Shown: in pieces, positions 1 to 13,420 of the stretch
Position numbering within the stretch: the first letter of the stretch is position 1
Layout: every line of letters starts with the position of its first letter
From: Chiloscyllium plagiosum
Lineage: Eukaryota
Reading direction: 5' to 3'
Assembly: GCF_004010195.1 (NCBI RefSeq)
Contig: NC_057760.1
Location: forward strand, 1,951,422-2,015,421
Length of the DNA: 64,000 nucleotides
Position numbers and translations under genes: made by a program
Notes under the pieces: generated by a model
The model's input: the letters and a program-made list of their open reading frames with translations, nothing else
What the model was told of the DNA's origin: nothing
The model's database searches: none

Positions 1-55
1 GGTGTGAGGGAGGGGGGGAGGTGTGAGGGAGGGGGGGAGGTGTGAGGGAGGGAGA
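1..55 (+). repeat. G-rich 19-bp tandem repeat (GGTGTGAGGGAGGGGGGGA)n, truncated at window edge
   Basis: About three copies visible. Confidence 0.85.
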
Positions 56-602
56 TGAGAGACAGTGAGGGAGAGCACGAGAGAAAAAAAACACAGAAAC
101 TAACATATCCTATTCCCTGACTCATTTTGTCTGCAAAGCCTAGATGTTTCCCTCCTCTATCCACTTCGAGTTGGTTTAACCTTTACCAGCCTTCATGGCT
201 CTCCATTCTCTAAAGGACGTACATCTTATTTGAGGAGCTCAACTCTGCTGGGTGGGCGATCTAGACCAGCGTGTCACCAGCTGTACACCTTGGAGGGAGA
301 GAGGGGCTTTGAATTCAAAGCAAACACGTGGGAAAGTTTCCATTTCCAAGTTTAAATTTATGATCAGCCACTTTTGTGAATGCAGTAGTCCAGAGTTGGT
401 AAATGCTGTGCTCCCAAGATCTTCAGCTAGTGTAGTCAGGGAGATCTAACCACACATCCAGGTCTCACAGCAACCCAGCTTGGCCCTATAGCAACCTTCC
501 CACCATCATCAGTGGACCATCAGCTACACCAAACGGCATCATTCTGCTCCTCTATCGGCACTCTCGCCCAGAACCTCAAACATGATGTTGCTTTGTTTTT
601 AC

Positions 603-715
603 CTGTGGATGATTCAGGACGTAAGGGTACGGTAGACTCCTTTGAAACTCCTCACCGTCCCTCGACATGCGACAGCAGACTGCTCGGGCCAGGTGCCCAT
701 GGCTGTACAGGTAAC
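603..715 (-). CDS. ADAR: ADAR1 exon 13
   Basis: GYLYSHGHLARAVCCRMSRDGEEFQRSLPYPYVLNHPQ; cag|GT acceptor, CAG|gtaaaa donor. Confidence 0.95.
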
Positions 716-1986
716 CTGTGGGAAGAGGAGGTGGTTTATCCTGAACAGTATCACTAGACTCCCACACTAAAGGGAGAGAAAACTCCCAGGTCAACATTCA
801 CCCAATAACTGTCCCCCAGCATGAGGGAGCACAGAATACCCTTCCATGCAGAATGGTGGATTCAGGGACCGTTCACCCTCTTCACAACATCCTACTTAAA
901 ACTGCAGTCATCTGCTTCCTCAAAAATAAATCCCCACCCTCAATTTAAAACTCCTCATAGATTGCCACACCATTTCCAACCAATCAGTTTTGTTCTTTGT
1001 TCATGGAACGAAGGCATCTCCAGCTAGTGCCCATCTCTAATTGTCCAGAGGGTAGTAAAGTGTCAGCAACATTGCTTTAAGCCTGGAGACCCAGTAACGA
1101 TGACAGATTTCCTTCCCTAAAGAACATCATGAACCAGATAGCTTTTTACAATAACTGGTAGTATTTGCGTGGGTCACCATTGGGATAGCTTATTTTCTTC
1201 CCCATCCCCAAGAATTTTACTGGGATTCAGATTTCTTCAGCTGTCATTAGCCTGGTGTTTCTGAAATACTAGTCCAGTGACCTGTCTGCTAAACCACGGC
1301 CTCCCAGAATCCATCATTCTCTTTCTGCACATCTCCAGGCTTGAATCCCTCCAGTCTGACGTCAGCCCCTACCCAAGCACAGGCTCTGTGGCTTTCACCA
1401 GTTTGTAAGGACAGACCAGCTGATCTCATCTCCCGAGTTAGGAAGGACAAGGGCTCCAGACCCAACCCCAGAAGCCACAGCTGGTACTCCAGGACAAGAA
1501 GTTAGTGCGCTGTCAGAGATGCAGTCACTTGGCTTGTACCACTACCATTTTTCCTAATCTATAACAATGACGACACACCCAGCATATTTTACTGGCACTT
1601 TGGGGTGCTCAGAGTCACAAGCAGCGAAAGAATTATTTACTTATTAGCCTTCTGGATTCTCCTCCAACCCTCCATTGTGGTGGGGCTGCCCTCCTTTAGT
1701 CCCACGTTTACCCAGACAGAACATCTCCTGCAGCAGTTTCTGGCTCTATCCCTTCACTGCAGTAATGTCTATGCAACTCCATGGTTGTCTAAGAAAAGCA
1801 GCAGACAACATTTAAAATAATGAATTGGGTGAAGAGTGAAGGGTCTTTGTTAGGGGGTATGGTAGGTACAGTACAGAAAGTTTTCCTGCTCATGTGACAA
1901 CACTGAATCCTTGTCTAACGGGACCCTAACTCCCACGTTATCATGTTTCAGGGAAGAAAGGCCAGCAAGTGAAGCTGGAAGCTCAC

Positions 1987-2169
1987 CCAAGGTAACGGAG
2001 CTGAGATAGACTGGGTGGATGAAGTGGGAGAGCAGTGCCCCCTGAAGGCCCAGCACATTCCAGCGCAGAATCTTGTCACTACAGGACATGGTGCGCAGTC
2101 TCTCCCCGTGCTGAATCCCATCCCACGTTGGGACAATGTCACTCGATTCCACTGGGATGGTGCCTTCGC
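1987..2169 (-). CDS. ADAR: ADAR1 exon 12 (SCSDK motif)
   Basis: [62 protein letters not shown]; cag acceptor, G|gtgag donor. Confidence 0.96.
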
Positions 2170-2950
2170 CTGCAGATTAGAAAATGGTGAAACATTCAAA
2201 TGCACAATAGTCTCATTCACAGTTAAAGCAGGAAGCGGGGTTAGAAAGACCAAACTATTCCCTCATTTAAATGTTCACCGGAAATAAAACCAGGTGTAGC
2301 CAGCTCTCGGGTTGTCAGATCCAACAGCCCCCAGGCTTACACAGCACACTTACATAGCATCCCTACAAGAACAAGGACGACAGGTCATGCAATAGCTCAC
2401 AGGAGTGTGAACATTAACAATCTGCAAATATTCCAGATCAGGGGAAACGGAGGCCAACTGCAGCTCCTCAAACATCACCCCAGCAATAAAAACAAAGAAT
2501 TAATAGTAGGGTGAGCTGCAGCACATGAGTTCAGCTCTGGGGAATGAATTAGTCAGTGTGATCACAACATTACATTCTCACATTACAACATTACACTACA
2601 TCTGGCTGTGAACTGTAATGAGGGACTACAGGTCATATCATGATCTAACTGTCGAGGGGGTGCAGCTCTGGATCCACAGGAGATAATGGAGACATGTGCT
2701 GTGCTTTTAAGACAAAGGGCATGAAAGCACAGAGCATCTTGCTGAGGTTATACCTGTAACTTGCCTGAAGTCAATACGTTGGTGCAGACAACGGATTGCG
2801 ATCAGAGTTCAGCTCAAGTAAACTTGCTTCTAGGAGATTTATTTGAAACGGAATGTTCACATTTTCATTGGTACGCAGTGTCACCAACAATCACACTGGC
2901 ATTACGTGAGTTAGAAAGAGTAATTGTACCCTGTCTCTATCAAAACCTGC

Positions 2951-3344
2951 CTCAGGACAGGGACAGCACGGGGTTAAATACAGCGTAAAGCTCCATCTAC
3001 ACTGTCCCCCATCACACACTCCCAGGACAGGGACAGCACGGGGTTAGATACAGAGTAAAGCTCCCTCTACGGTGTCCCCCCACATCAAACCTTCCCAGGA
3101 CAGGGACAGCATGGAGTCAGATACAGAGTAAAGCTCCCTCTACGCTGTACCCCCATCAAATACTCCCAGGACAGGGACAGCACGGGGTTAGATACAGAGT
3201 AAAGCTCCCTCTACGGTGTCCCCCCCATCAAACCTTCCCAGGACAGGGACAGCACGGGGTTAGATACAGAGTAAAGCTCTCTCTACGCTGTACCCCCCAT
3301 CAAACACTCCCAGGACAGGGACAGCACAGGGTTAGATACAGAGT
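2951..3344 (+). repeat. Minisatellite, ~6 copies of a 70-73 bp unit
   Basis: CAGGACAGGGACAGCACGGGGTTAGATACAGAGTAAAGCTCCCTCTAC... units start at 2953, 3023, 3096, 3167, 3239 and 3311. Confidence 0.95.
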
Positions 3345-3485
3345 ATGGAACTCAGTGTCTTGAGTTTAATGCAGTCCTCATACCCAGTTGAATGTTACAA
3401 ATGCCTACAGTTGAGAACTCAACTGTTTCATTTCAAGTACAGTCACATTTGACAGGATTGTCTGTCTCTAACGTTTGTCACTTAC

Positions 3486-3619
3486 CATTTTCCACCTTGG
3501 TGCGCAGCTTGCCTTGCTTCATGTTCTCGAACAGCGGGTGATGTGTGTCATCTCCTTCTTTAGTGGGAGGTTCACTGCATGATTTATCGAACAGGGCTCC
3601 ATCACCACAAGGGGCAGTG
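3486..3619 (-). CDS. ADAR: ADAR1 exon 11 (PCGD zinc ligand, LRTK)
   Basis: Read by hand: [46 protein letters not shown]; cag acceptor, G|gtaag donor. Confidence 0.96.
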
Positions 3620-4019
3620 CTGAGGAAAAGTACAGTTTCAAGGAAGGCTCAGAATGAGGGCTCTTGAGTCTCACGATTGAATGGCGGAACAGATTAGAGG
3701 GGCTGAATGGTCAAATTCAGTTCCTATCATCTAATGGTCTTATGGGGACGTTCATTGCTGTTGAATAAAACCCATGGCTCCCATGGAAATTAAAGCTGAC
3801 ACAGCACCCTTTGCTGCGGTTAGGGTACAGTCCTGTCTTTAAAGTTAGATCACTACTTCAGAAGGCCAGTGTTCAGATAGGAAATATTTTCCCATTCTGT
3901 TCTTGCTCTCAGCTTCTGTTAGTCATGCACAGGTGAAGAAAGACTTTCTCTCCTGTTTTAGGAGACTGCATGTCCAAGTGCAATGCCAGAGATTTAACCA
4001 GAATCTAAACAAAAATCCC

Positions 4020-4670
4020 TGACGGCAGCAGGACTGGTTAACAGGGTGGTTGGGATGGCATTCGGGACACTTGCCTTTATCAGCTGTGTTACAGATTATC
4101 AGAGAAGGAAGGTTATGCCAGAGCTGTACAGGACTTTGACTAGATGACAGCTGGAGTACTGTGCACAGTTCTGATCACTGTGCTATAGAAAGGATGTGAC
4201 TGCACTGGAGGGAATGCAGTGCAGAGCAGATTTACCAGGATGCAGCCTGGCATGGGAAATGTTAGCTATGAACGCAAGCTCAGGTGGTTTTCTTGACAGC
4301 AGATCCCGATATAAAGATAAGAGGGACACAGCGAGGGTGGATAGGAACTAGCTACTGCACTCAATAACAGATTAATAACAAGGGAGGGGGGCATCATTCT
4401 AGGGTGACAGCCAGGAGATTTTGAGGGATTTGAGGAAATGCCTTTTCACCCAGAGGAATGTGCTGGGAATCTGGAATGTGCTGCCTGGAGGGTAGCTGAG
4501 ACAGGAAACCACACAACCTTTCAAAAGGTACCTGGAGGAGCAGTGAAAATGTGCTACCATTCAAGGCCAGGTGCTGGAAAGTGGGAATAGTGTTGAGTTG
4601 GAATAGTTTTGTTTTGTTGGGACAGACTTGATGGACAAATGGGTCTCTCCTTTACTGTAGGACTCTATGA
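4020..4670 (+). mobile_element. CR1 LINE 3' fragment (decayed)
   Basis: ctggagtactgtgcacagttctg (LEYCAQF) and the typical CR1 3' region. Confidence 0.7.
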
Positions 4671-5309
4671 ATCCCTGCCGCTTAGAGAGAGGGGGTGTTG
4701 CACTGAAGGTGCCATACTTTGGATAAAACCCCAAGCAGGAACCTCTCCTGCTATCAGCTGGATATAAAGGATCCCATGGCACTAATGGAAGAGCGGGGCA
4801 TGGAATTCTTCCCAGAGTGTGACGGGGACAATATTTATTCCTCAAGTGACACCACACTTAGCCCAACTATTATCACATTGTTGTTGATGGGATCTTCCCG
4901 TGCACAAACAGGCTTTCTACATTGCAACAGTCGCTACAGTTCAGTGGGTACAAAGATGACCAAGTTAGGGTGTGCTGTGACCCTGAAAGAGACTGTAAAA
5001 TAAAGGGAGGTCATCTGGCCCCATGAGCCTGCTCCCCACCAGTCTCAGATTACGGCTGATCGGATTGGCCTGAACTCCAACATTCCTGACTCTTCCCTAA
5101 CCCCTGCTTCTATCATTAACCCTGGGCTCCCTTGTCCAGCACAATTCAATCTTGGATCTATTCCATGATGCAGCCTCCCCTGCTCTCCGTGAAGAGTGCT
5201 TCAAATACCAAAGTGCCCCTCAGCAAAGCAGCTCCTTTTCATTTCAGTCGAAACAGGGAAATTCCCCCAACCCCACCGAGGTTCCTCAGAATATAAGTGC
5301 TTCAATACG

Positions 5310-7860
5310 ATAGAGTCAGAGTCATCCATCCTTCGGTTCAGCCAGTCCATGCTGACTATAATCCCAAACTAAACTAGTCCCATCTGCCAGCACCCGGCCC
5401 ATATCCCTCCAAACTCTTCCTATTCATATACTCATCCAGATGCCTCTTAAATGTTGCAATTGTACCAGCCTCTACCACATCCTCTGGCAGCTCATTCCAT
5501 ACATGTACCACCCTCTGTGTGAAAAAGTTGCCCCTTAGGTCCCTTTTATATCTTTCCCCTCTCACCCTAAACCTATGCCCTCTAGTTCTGGACTCCCTGA
5601 CCCCAGGGAAAAGACTTTGCCTATTTACCCTATCCNNNNNNNNNNNNNNNNNNNNNNNNNNNNNNNNNNNNNNNNNNNNNNNNNNNNNNNNNNNNNNNNN
5701 NNNNNNNNNNNNNNNNNNNNNNNNNNNNNNNNNNNNNNNNNNNNNNNNNNNNNNNNNNNNNNNNNNNNNNNNNNNNNNNNNNNNNNNNNNNNNNNNNNNN
5801 NNNNNNNNNNNNNNNNNNNNNNNNNNNNNNNNNNNNNNNNNNNNNNNNNNNNNNNNNNNNNNNNTTATGCTCGCATCCAAATCATTTATGTAAATGACAA
5901 AAAGTAGAGGGCCCAGCACCAATCCTTGTGGCACTCCACTGGTCACAGGCCTCCAGTGTGAAAAACAATCCTCCACCACCACCCTCTGTCTTCTTCCTTT
6001 GAGCCAGTTCTGTATCCAAATGGCAGGTTCCCCCTGTATTCCATGAGATCTAACCTTGCTAATCAGTCTCCCATGGGGAACCTTGTCGAACGCCTTACTG
6101 AAGTCCATATAGATCACATATAAGTGACCTGCACAAGGAGGAAGGTTTGCACCTAAATTGGAAGGGGACTAATATACTGGCAGGGAAATTTGCTAGAACT
6201 GGTTGGGAGGATTTAAACAAGTAAGGTGGGGATGTGGGACCCAGGGAGATAGTGAGGAAAGAGATTGATCTGAGATGGGTACAGCTGAGAACAGAAGTGA
6301 GTCAAACAGGCAGGGACAAGGTGGGACTAATAAATCAAACTGCATTTATTTCAATGCAACGGGTCTAACAGGGAAGGCAGATGAACTCAGGGCATGGTTA
6401 GGAACATGGGACTGGGATATCATAGCAATTACGGAAACATGGCTCAGGGATGGGCAGGACTGGCAGCTTAGTGTTCCAGGATACAAATGCTACAGGAAGG
6501 AGAGAAAGGGAGGGAAGGGAGGAGGGGGAGTGGCATTTTTGATAAGAGACAGCATTACAGCTGTGCTGAGGAAGGATATTCCCGGAAATACATCCAGGGA
6601 AGTTATTTGGGTGGAACTGAGAAATAAGAAAGGGATGATCACCTTTTTGGGATTGTATTATAGACCCCCCAATAGTCAGAGGGAAATTGAGAAACAAACT
6701 TGTAAGGAGATCTCAGCTCTCTGTAAGAATAATAGGGATGGTCGGGGATTTTAACTTTCCTCTTTGTTACTTCTTCAAAAAACTCAATCAAGTTTGTGAG
6801 ACATGATTTCTCACGCACAAAGCCATGCTGACTATCCCTAATCAGTCCTTGCCTTTCCAAATACATGTACATCCTGTCCCTCAGGATTCCCTCCAACAAC
6901 TTTCCCACCACCGAAGTCCATTTAGTATCTCCCCCATTTTCTGTGGCTCCATACAAAGGCCGCTTTGCTGATCTTTGAGGGGCCCTATTCTCTCCCTAGT
7001 TACCCTTTTGTCCTTAATATATTTGTAAAAACCCTTTGGATTCTCCTTAATTCTATTTGCTGAAGCTATCTCATGTCCCCGTTTTAACCTCTTGATTTCC
7101 CTCTTAAGTATATTCCTACTTTCTTTGTATTCTTCTAAGGATTCACTCGATCTATCCTGTCTATACCTGACATATGCTTCCTTCTTTTTCTTAACCAAAC
7201 CCTCAATTTCTTTAGTCATCCAGCATTCCCTATACCTACCAGCCTTCCCTTTCACCCTGACAGGAATATACTTTCTCTGGACTCTTGTTATCTCATTTCT
7301 GGAGGCTTTCCATTTTCCAGCTGTCCCTTTACCTGCGAACATCTGCCCCCAATCAGCTTTCGAAAGTTCTTGCCTAATACCATCAAAATTGGCCTTTTTC
7401 CAATTTCGAACTTCAACTTTTAGATCTGACCTATCCTTTTCCAGTTTAGATGGAGAGGAATTTCTTAAGTATGTACAAGACAATTTTCTGATTCAGTATG
7501 TGAATGTACCTAATAGAGAAGGTGCAAAACTTGACCTACTCTTGGGAAATAAGGCAGGGCAGGTGAGTGAGGTGTCAGTGGGGGAGCACTTTGGGGCCAG
7601 CGACCATAAACGTTTTAATTGTACCTGCAGCCACCACTTCCTCGGGAAGTTCATTCCACACACGAACCATTCCTCGTGAAAAAAAGTTGTCTCTCACGTC
7701 TTTAAATCTTTCTCCTCTCACCTTAAAAATATGCCTGCTAGTCTTGAAATCCCTCACCATGGGGAAAAGACACTTGCCATTCACCTTATCTATAGCCTTC
7801 ATGATTTTATAAACCTATATAAAAGGTCATCTCTCAGTCTCTCCTTATAACTCAAAGCCA
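5310..7860. mobile_element. Scrambled CR1 LINE cluster with alternating orientations
   Basis: Minus RT ([19 protein letters not shown], 5374-6117), plus APE endonuclease (IIAITETWL, YYRPPN, 6275-6754), minus 6755-7440, plus 7443-7605, minus 3' end 7610-7860. Confidence 0.9.
5636..5864. other. Assembly gap (N run)
   Basis: 229 Ns. Confidence 1.
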
Positions 7861-8065
7861 TACAAACTCAGATTGCCTCTCATTTCTTCAAAACTCTAAT
7901 GAACATTGGCCCAATCTGCTCGACCCTTCCCGAAAAGATGGTCTTCCTCGTTTTAACCAGAACTCTCTGTGCAAGCGAGCGTTTAAGCAAAGGAAACAAA
8001 CGTCCCCCCTATCTGTCACGGACAAGCACCACATTCGACCACACAGAGGGGAAGTTTAAACTGAC

Positions 8066-8185
8066 CTGATGTAGAGGTGAAAAGTTATTCCCGGTTTAAT
8101 CTGTAACCGGTTGTCATGAGCTGGAATGAAAAGGCTGTCATCTGGCGATGCAGGATTATACTTCAACAGCTCACTGTACAGGAAC
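8066..8185 (-). CDS. ADAR: ADAR1 exon 10
   Basis: [40 protein letters not shown]; cag|G acceptor, AG|gtcagt donor. Confidence 0.95.
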
Positions 8186-8441
8186 CTGCAAACAAAGCAC
8201 AAGGCTAACGTGAGAAGGCAGAACAGTGGAAATGTTAAAAGACACAACAGCTATAACCTTAACTAGACTACTCCTTCCACAGATACCACTGAACCGGTTG
8301 GGTATTCCAGCTTTTATTTCAGTACAGGGTGTACTGCACCAATTTTGTTCTCTCCGTTTCTGCCCAAATCTACATCGATGTGCTGAAAATTAATCTATTA
8401 ATACTTGAAATATCTTAAAGCATAATAGTTGTGTGCCTCGC

Positions 8442-9244
8442 TGTGACGTCATTCTTCCGATGGGAGCACTATCATATGACTAAGGTCATGGGGAAAGAGT
8501 GGCCTAATGTACCACTAAAGAAGTTACCAGCAGCAAAGAGGCAAGAGAAGGCAGCCCATTGCGAAGTATGGCCATTTGTCAAAGAACAAGGTGTAGAAAG
8601 TGTACTGTACCTTTAAGAAAGTTAAAAGCTAGCAGAACTACCTGACACCACTGAGTGTTCTGAACAAGATATCATGTAACCTTTTGGTCTAGCAGTGTAG
8701 CTGGCTGCCAGGAGACAAAAACAAATTCAAATTAAGCCAAAAAAAACCCAAACTCCAATCACATTTGAATTTACTATATTGACAATATTAAAAACCAAAT
8801 GAAACAATCTGATGCTTTAGGGGTATAAGACTGGGAAAATGTGAACAGTTGAGAGAGACTGCCCAGAAAATGAGCTCTCTTAAAGGTACATTTATCTATC
8901 AGCCACCTGTGAAAGAGAAATCCTAAGAAGAAGAAAATCTACACAGGAAGCTACAAAGGGAAGATTCAACAGCTGCCTGGTTTTGAAATTTGAATTTTGG
9001 TGAATCTTAATCGAGGGTTTTATCGGACTAGTATTATAGAAGGAAAAGTAAAAGATAGGTTAGAGGAAGAAGTTGTAAATAGTTGGGAATTAATTATTCT
9101 CTGTCATACTTTAAGAAATAAAGTTGTTACGTTTTACTTTAACTAGTACTTCGCCTCTCAAATTTTCAGATTACTGCACGGGATAAATCTTTTCTCTGTT
9201 GCTGGTTTAAGATTAACAGAGGAGGTTTACCGCGTGTCATAACA
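8442..9244 (+). mobile_element. Possible solo LTR
   Basis: ~800 bp TG...CA (TGTGAC...CATAACA), TATAA at ~8824, AATAAA at ~9117; no TSD found. Confidence 0.4.
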
Positions 9245-9429
9245 ATCCCTTTTGATTGACTGAAAGATTAATTTATTGCTATCACATATATTGAGATGCA
9301 GTGAAAAGTGTTGTTTTGTGTGCTACATAGTGCATCAGGGTAGCAGAACAGAGTGCACAATAGTGTTACAGCCAGACAGAAGGTGCACAGAGAGAGAGAT
9401 AGCGAGAGAGAGAGGGGGGTGATAGCGAG

Positions 9430-9929
9430 NNNNNNNNNNNNNNNNNNNNNNNNNNNNNNNNNNNNNNNNNNNNNNNNNNNNNNNNNNNNNNNNNNNNNNN
9501 NNNNNNNNNNNNNNNNNNNNNNNNNNNNNNNNNNNNNNNNNNNNNNNNNNNNNNNNNNNNNNNNNNNNNNNNNNNNNNNNNNNNNNNNNNNNNNNNNNNN
9601 NNNNNNNNNNNNNNNNNNNNNNNNNNNNNNNNNNNNNNNNNNNNNNNNNNNNNNNNNNNNNNNNNNNNNNNNNNNNNNNNNNNNNNNNNNNNNNNNNNNN
9701 NNNNNNNNNNNNNNNNNNNNNNNNNNNNNNNNNNNNNNNNNNNNNNNNNNNNNNNNNNNNNNNNNNNNNNNNNNNNNNNNNNNNNNNNNNNNNNNNNNNN
9801 NNNNNNNNNNNNNNNNNNNNNNNNNNNNNNNNNNNNNNNNNNNNNNNNNNNNNNNNNNNNNNNNNNNNNNNNNNNNNNNNNNNNNNNNNNNNNNNNNNNN
9901 NNNNNNNNNNNNNNNNNNNNNNNNNNNNN
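9430..9929. other. Assembly gap (N run)
   Basis: 500 Ns. Confidence 1.
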
Positions 9930-10404
9930 TCAACTCGCTTAGTGGGCCATTGCATGCGACTTTGATAGCTCATGAAGGAGAGAGTGAAGGTTAACTGGGA
10001 TTTAGCACTGCAGGATTCTGGTCAGGAGAATTAAAAATAAGGATCTGCAGAGATTTGGACAGCACAGTCTTGGCTGGGATGAGGCCAGCTTTAATTACAT
10101 GCCATGGAGGGGGGTGAGGAGCAAGTAAAAGAAATCACCCTTTGTCCCTCGCCATTGCTGACAGGCAGTATACATTTTGTGAAAAAGCCCAGTCATGCAG
10201 CAAGGAATCTTTCCCTTCAGGTTGGTGTACTTTGCTGAATTATACGCCAGATCTTTGCTTACTGGGATTATTTCCCAGCACCTCCCCAACCATGCAACCT
10301 CTACTACATCGACAAGGACAGCGACAGCAAGTGCCTCACCTGAGGCAGGCAACAGTCCCAAAGGGCTGTTTCGTCACTGTCACTAAATGAAGTGCCTCAA
10401 ATTC

Positions 10405-12700
10405 ACAGAAACATTAAAAAAAGGAGCAAGAGTAGGCCATTCGGCCCTTCAATTCTGCTCCAGCATTCATTGATGATCATCCAACTCAATATCTGTTCCT
10501 GCTTCTCCCCCAACCCTGTATCCACTGATCTCTTTAGCTCCAAGTGCTTATGCCACTCTTTCTTGAAATCATACAATGTTTTGGCATAGATTGCTTTCTG
10601 TGCCAGTGAATTCCACAGGTTCCTCACTCTCTGGGTGAAGAAAATGTCCCTCCTCTCAATTCTAAATGGTTTACCCCATATCCTTAAACCATGTCTCCCA
10701 ATTCTGGACTCACCCACCATTGGGAACATCCAGTCTGCCTAGACCTGTTAGAATTTTATTTCTAGGAGATCTCCAGTGAATATAGTCCTAATCGATCCAA
10801 TTCCTCTTCCTACGTCTGTCCTGCCATGCCAGGGATCAGTCTGGGAAACCTTCGCTGCACACCTTCCATTGCCAGAACATCTTTCCTCAGATCTGGAGAA
10901 CAGAACTGCACACAATATTCCACGTGTGATCTCACCAAGGCCCAGTGTATTTGCAGCAAGACATCCCTGCTCCTGTATTCGAATCCTCTCGCGATGAAGG
11001 GTGGTACCCCCTGCTACAGCTACATGCTTACTTTCAGTGACTGAAACAAGGGGACCCAGTTCTCACTGCACATTCCCCTCTACCGATTTATAGCCAATAA
11101 TCCGCGTTCCTGGTTTTGCTTTCTAAAAGGATAACTCCCATTCATCCACATTATACTGCATCTGCCCACTCAGCTTGTCAAAATTGCACTGAGGTGACTC
11201 TGCATCCTCCTCACAGCTTCCCGTCCCACCCAACTTTGAGTCATCTGCAAATTGATACATTACATTCAGTTCCCTCATTCAGATCATTAGTATGTATTAT
11301 GAATAGTAAGGGGTCTTAGCACTGATCCCTGCGGTATCCCACCATCATTACCCAAGTTTCAGAAGAAGACCCATTTACTCTTGTTCTTTGTTTTCCATTT
11401 GCCAACCAGTTTTCTATCCATCAATCCCACCAGTCAATCTCACACACTTCAATCGTACACACTTGGCTCTTATGTTGAAAGCCTTTTAAAAGTCTGCATA
11501 GACCACATCCACTGGCTCCCCCTCACCAACTCTGCAAGTTATGTCCTCAAAGAGTTCCAACAGATTCACCAAGCATGTTTGCTCTTCTGTAAATCCATGC
11601 TACTCCGTCCAATCATGTCACTAGTTTCTAAATGCTCAGCTATTCATTGTTTTATAATGAACTCTAGCAATTTCTCCACTACTGACATCAGACTAACTGA
11701 TCTATAATTCTTGGTTTCTCTTTACCTCCCTTTTTCAATATAGTGGGGGACACATTTTCTAAGACCTCCAGCCCTTCCTTTTCTGTAATATGAACTGTTT
11801 CAAATGTTCAATATTTAGTTCTTGAGCTCTCTAGTCTCCCTTTCTTTCTCCACAGTAAAAACTGACTTGAAATATTTATTTAAGATCTGCCCCATCTCCT
11901 GAGGTTCAACACAAAGATGACCTCTTTGATCTTTAAGGGACCTTACTCTCTCTCGAGTAGCTCTTTTACTCTTAAAGCACTTGAAGAATCGTTTTGAATT
12001 ATCCTTAACCTTATTTGCCAAGGCTATCTCATATCCCCTTCTTTGCCTTCCTGATCTCCCTGTTAAGAACGCCGCAACACTTTATACTGTTCAGGAGATT
12101 CATTTGAATTCAACTGTTTATATCCAATATATGATTCTTTTTTATTCTTGACTAGCAGCTAAATATCTGCATTCATCCTCAATGAACAATAAATGCTAGC
12201 CTAGCCAGCAAGATCCATACACAATGAATGAATAAAAAGAATTAAAGTCAGCCAGATGTTCCATCATTGCACGTGAATCTAATTTTCTGTTTAATGCTAT
12301 TCCTGAGCTCACCTCCACCATATGAGGATATGATTTTTTTCTCGAGTCTTTCTCGGCTTTAACATACAAATTCCACAGCATCAGAGCTAATATCCTTCTT
12401 TACTGTTGCATTAATCCCCTAGAGATGCAACTCGACCACCATTCCGTTTTAGTCAGTCCTTCCTAAAAACTGAATACCCTGGATGTTCAGTTCTCATCCC
12501 TGGTCACCTTGCAGCCACGTCTCCGTAATCCCTATTATAATCATACCTATTTTCATCTAAATGCATGATTAATTCTACTACTTTATTGTGAATTCGTTGT
12601 GCATTAAGACACAAAGCCTTAAAGCTTGCCGTTTTAACATCGCTTGTCCCGCTTCCATTTTTTTTATTTTTCCACGGTGTGTGTTTAATCCTGCCCCTTG
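10405..12700 (-). mobile_element. CR1 LINE ORF2 fragments (decayed)
   Basis: ORFs 10403..10729 (FFTQRVRNLWNSL) and 11815..12021 (KDNSKRFFK..LNKYFKSVFT). Confidence 0.8.
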
Positions 12701-13300
12701 ATTTCTCTGCTGGGCCATGAGCCTGATCCTGTCCTCATCCTTATTGTTCCCATACGTATGCACGTACTCTCAAATGAGAGATGCTGCACAATGAGCTGGG
12801 ACAGAACAGAGTATGAGCAATGGTAAGACGTGAAAACATCATTCCATCCATCCAACTCCTACCACTCAATTGCAGGACCCTAATCATCACAGTCATTATG
12901 TTCACGGTCCCACATGAATCACAGCAGTCCCTTCTATTGGCAAAAACAAAAACTCAAAACACTAGAAAAACTCAGCAGCTCTGGCAGCGTCTGCGGAAAC
13001 AAAGTTAACATGTTGAGCCCGATATCAACTTTCCGTCAGAAAATGTTATAGCAGTAGAAAGGAGAAATTGGGTCTACTCTGCCAACAAGATACAAAATCA
13101 AAATACACAGTCGACACGCAGGGAGGGGAGGCTAAGCCTCTTTTGCTAGTGGTTTGTAGTTCTCCAATCAACCGAGTACAGACCTGCAATTAAAATTGTG
13201 ATCTTCCTTGTTTGTGTAGCGAAGTATCATTGCAAACAAGCCCACTGCCTGCTAAGGTTAAACCTCTCAGTTCTTCTCCCTGTCTCTAGAAACCCCTTTA

Positions 13301-13420
<120 letters not shown>

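Noticed and set aside
2951..3344. Regular repeat array resembling CRISPR
   Set aside because: Units are contiguous ~71-bp tandem copies with no unique spacers, no cas genes, and a vertebrate intron context: a minisatellite.
9268..9994. Long ORFs in the ORF track
   Set aside because: Artefacts of translating through the 500-N gap (likewise at 5519-5907).
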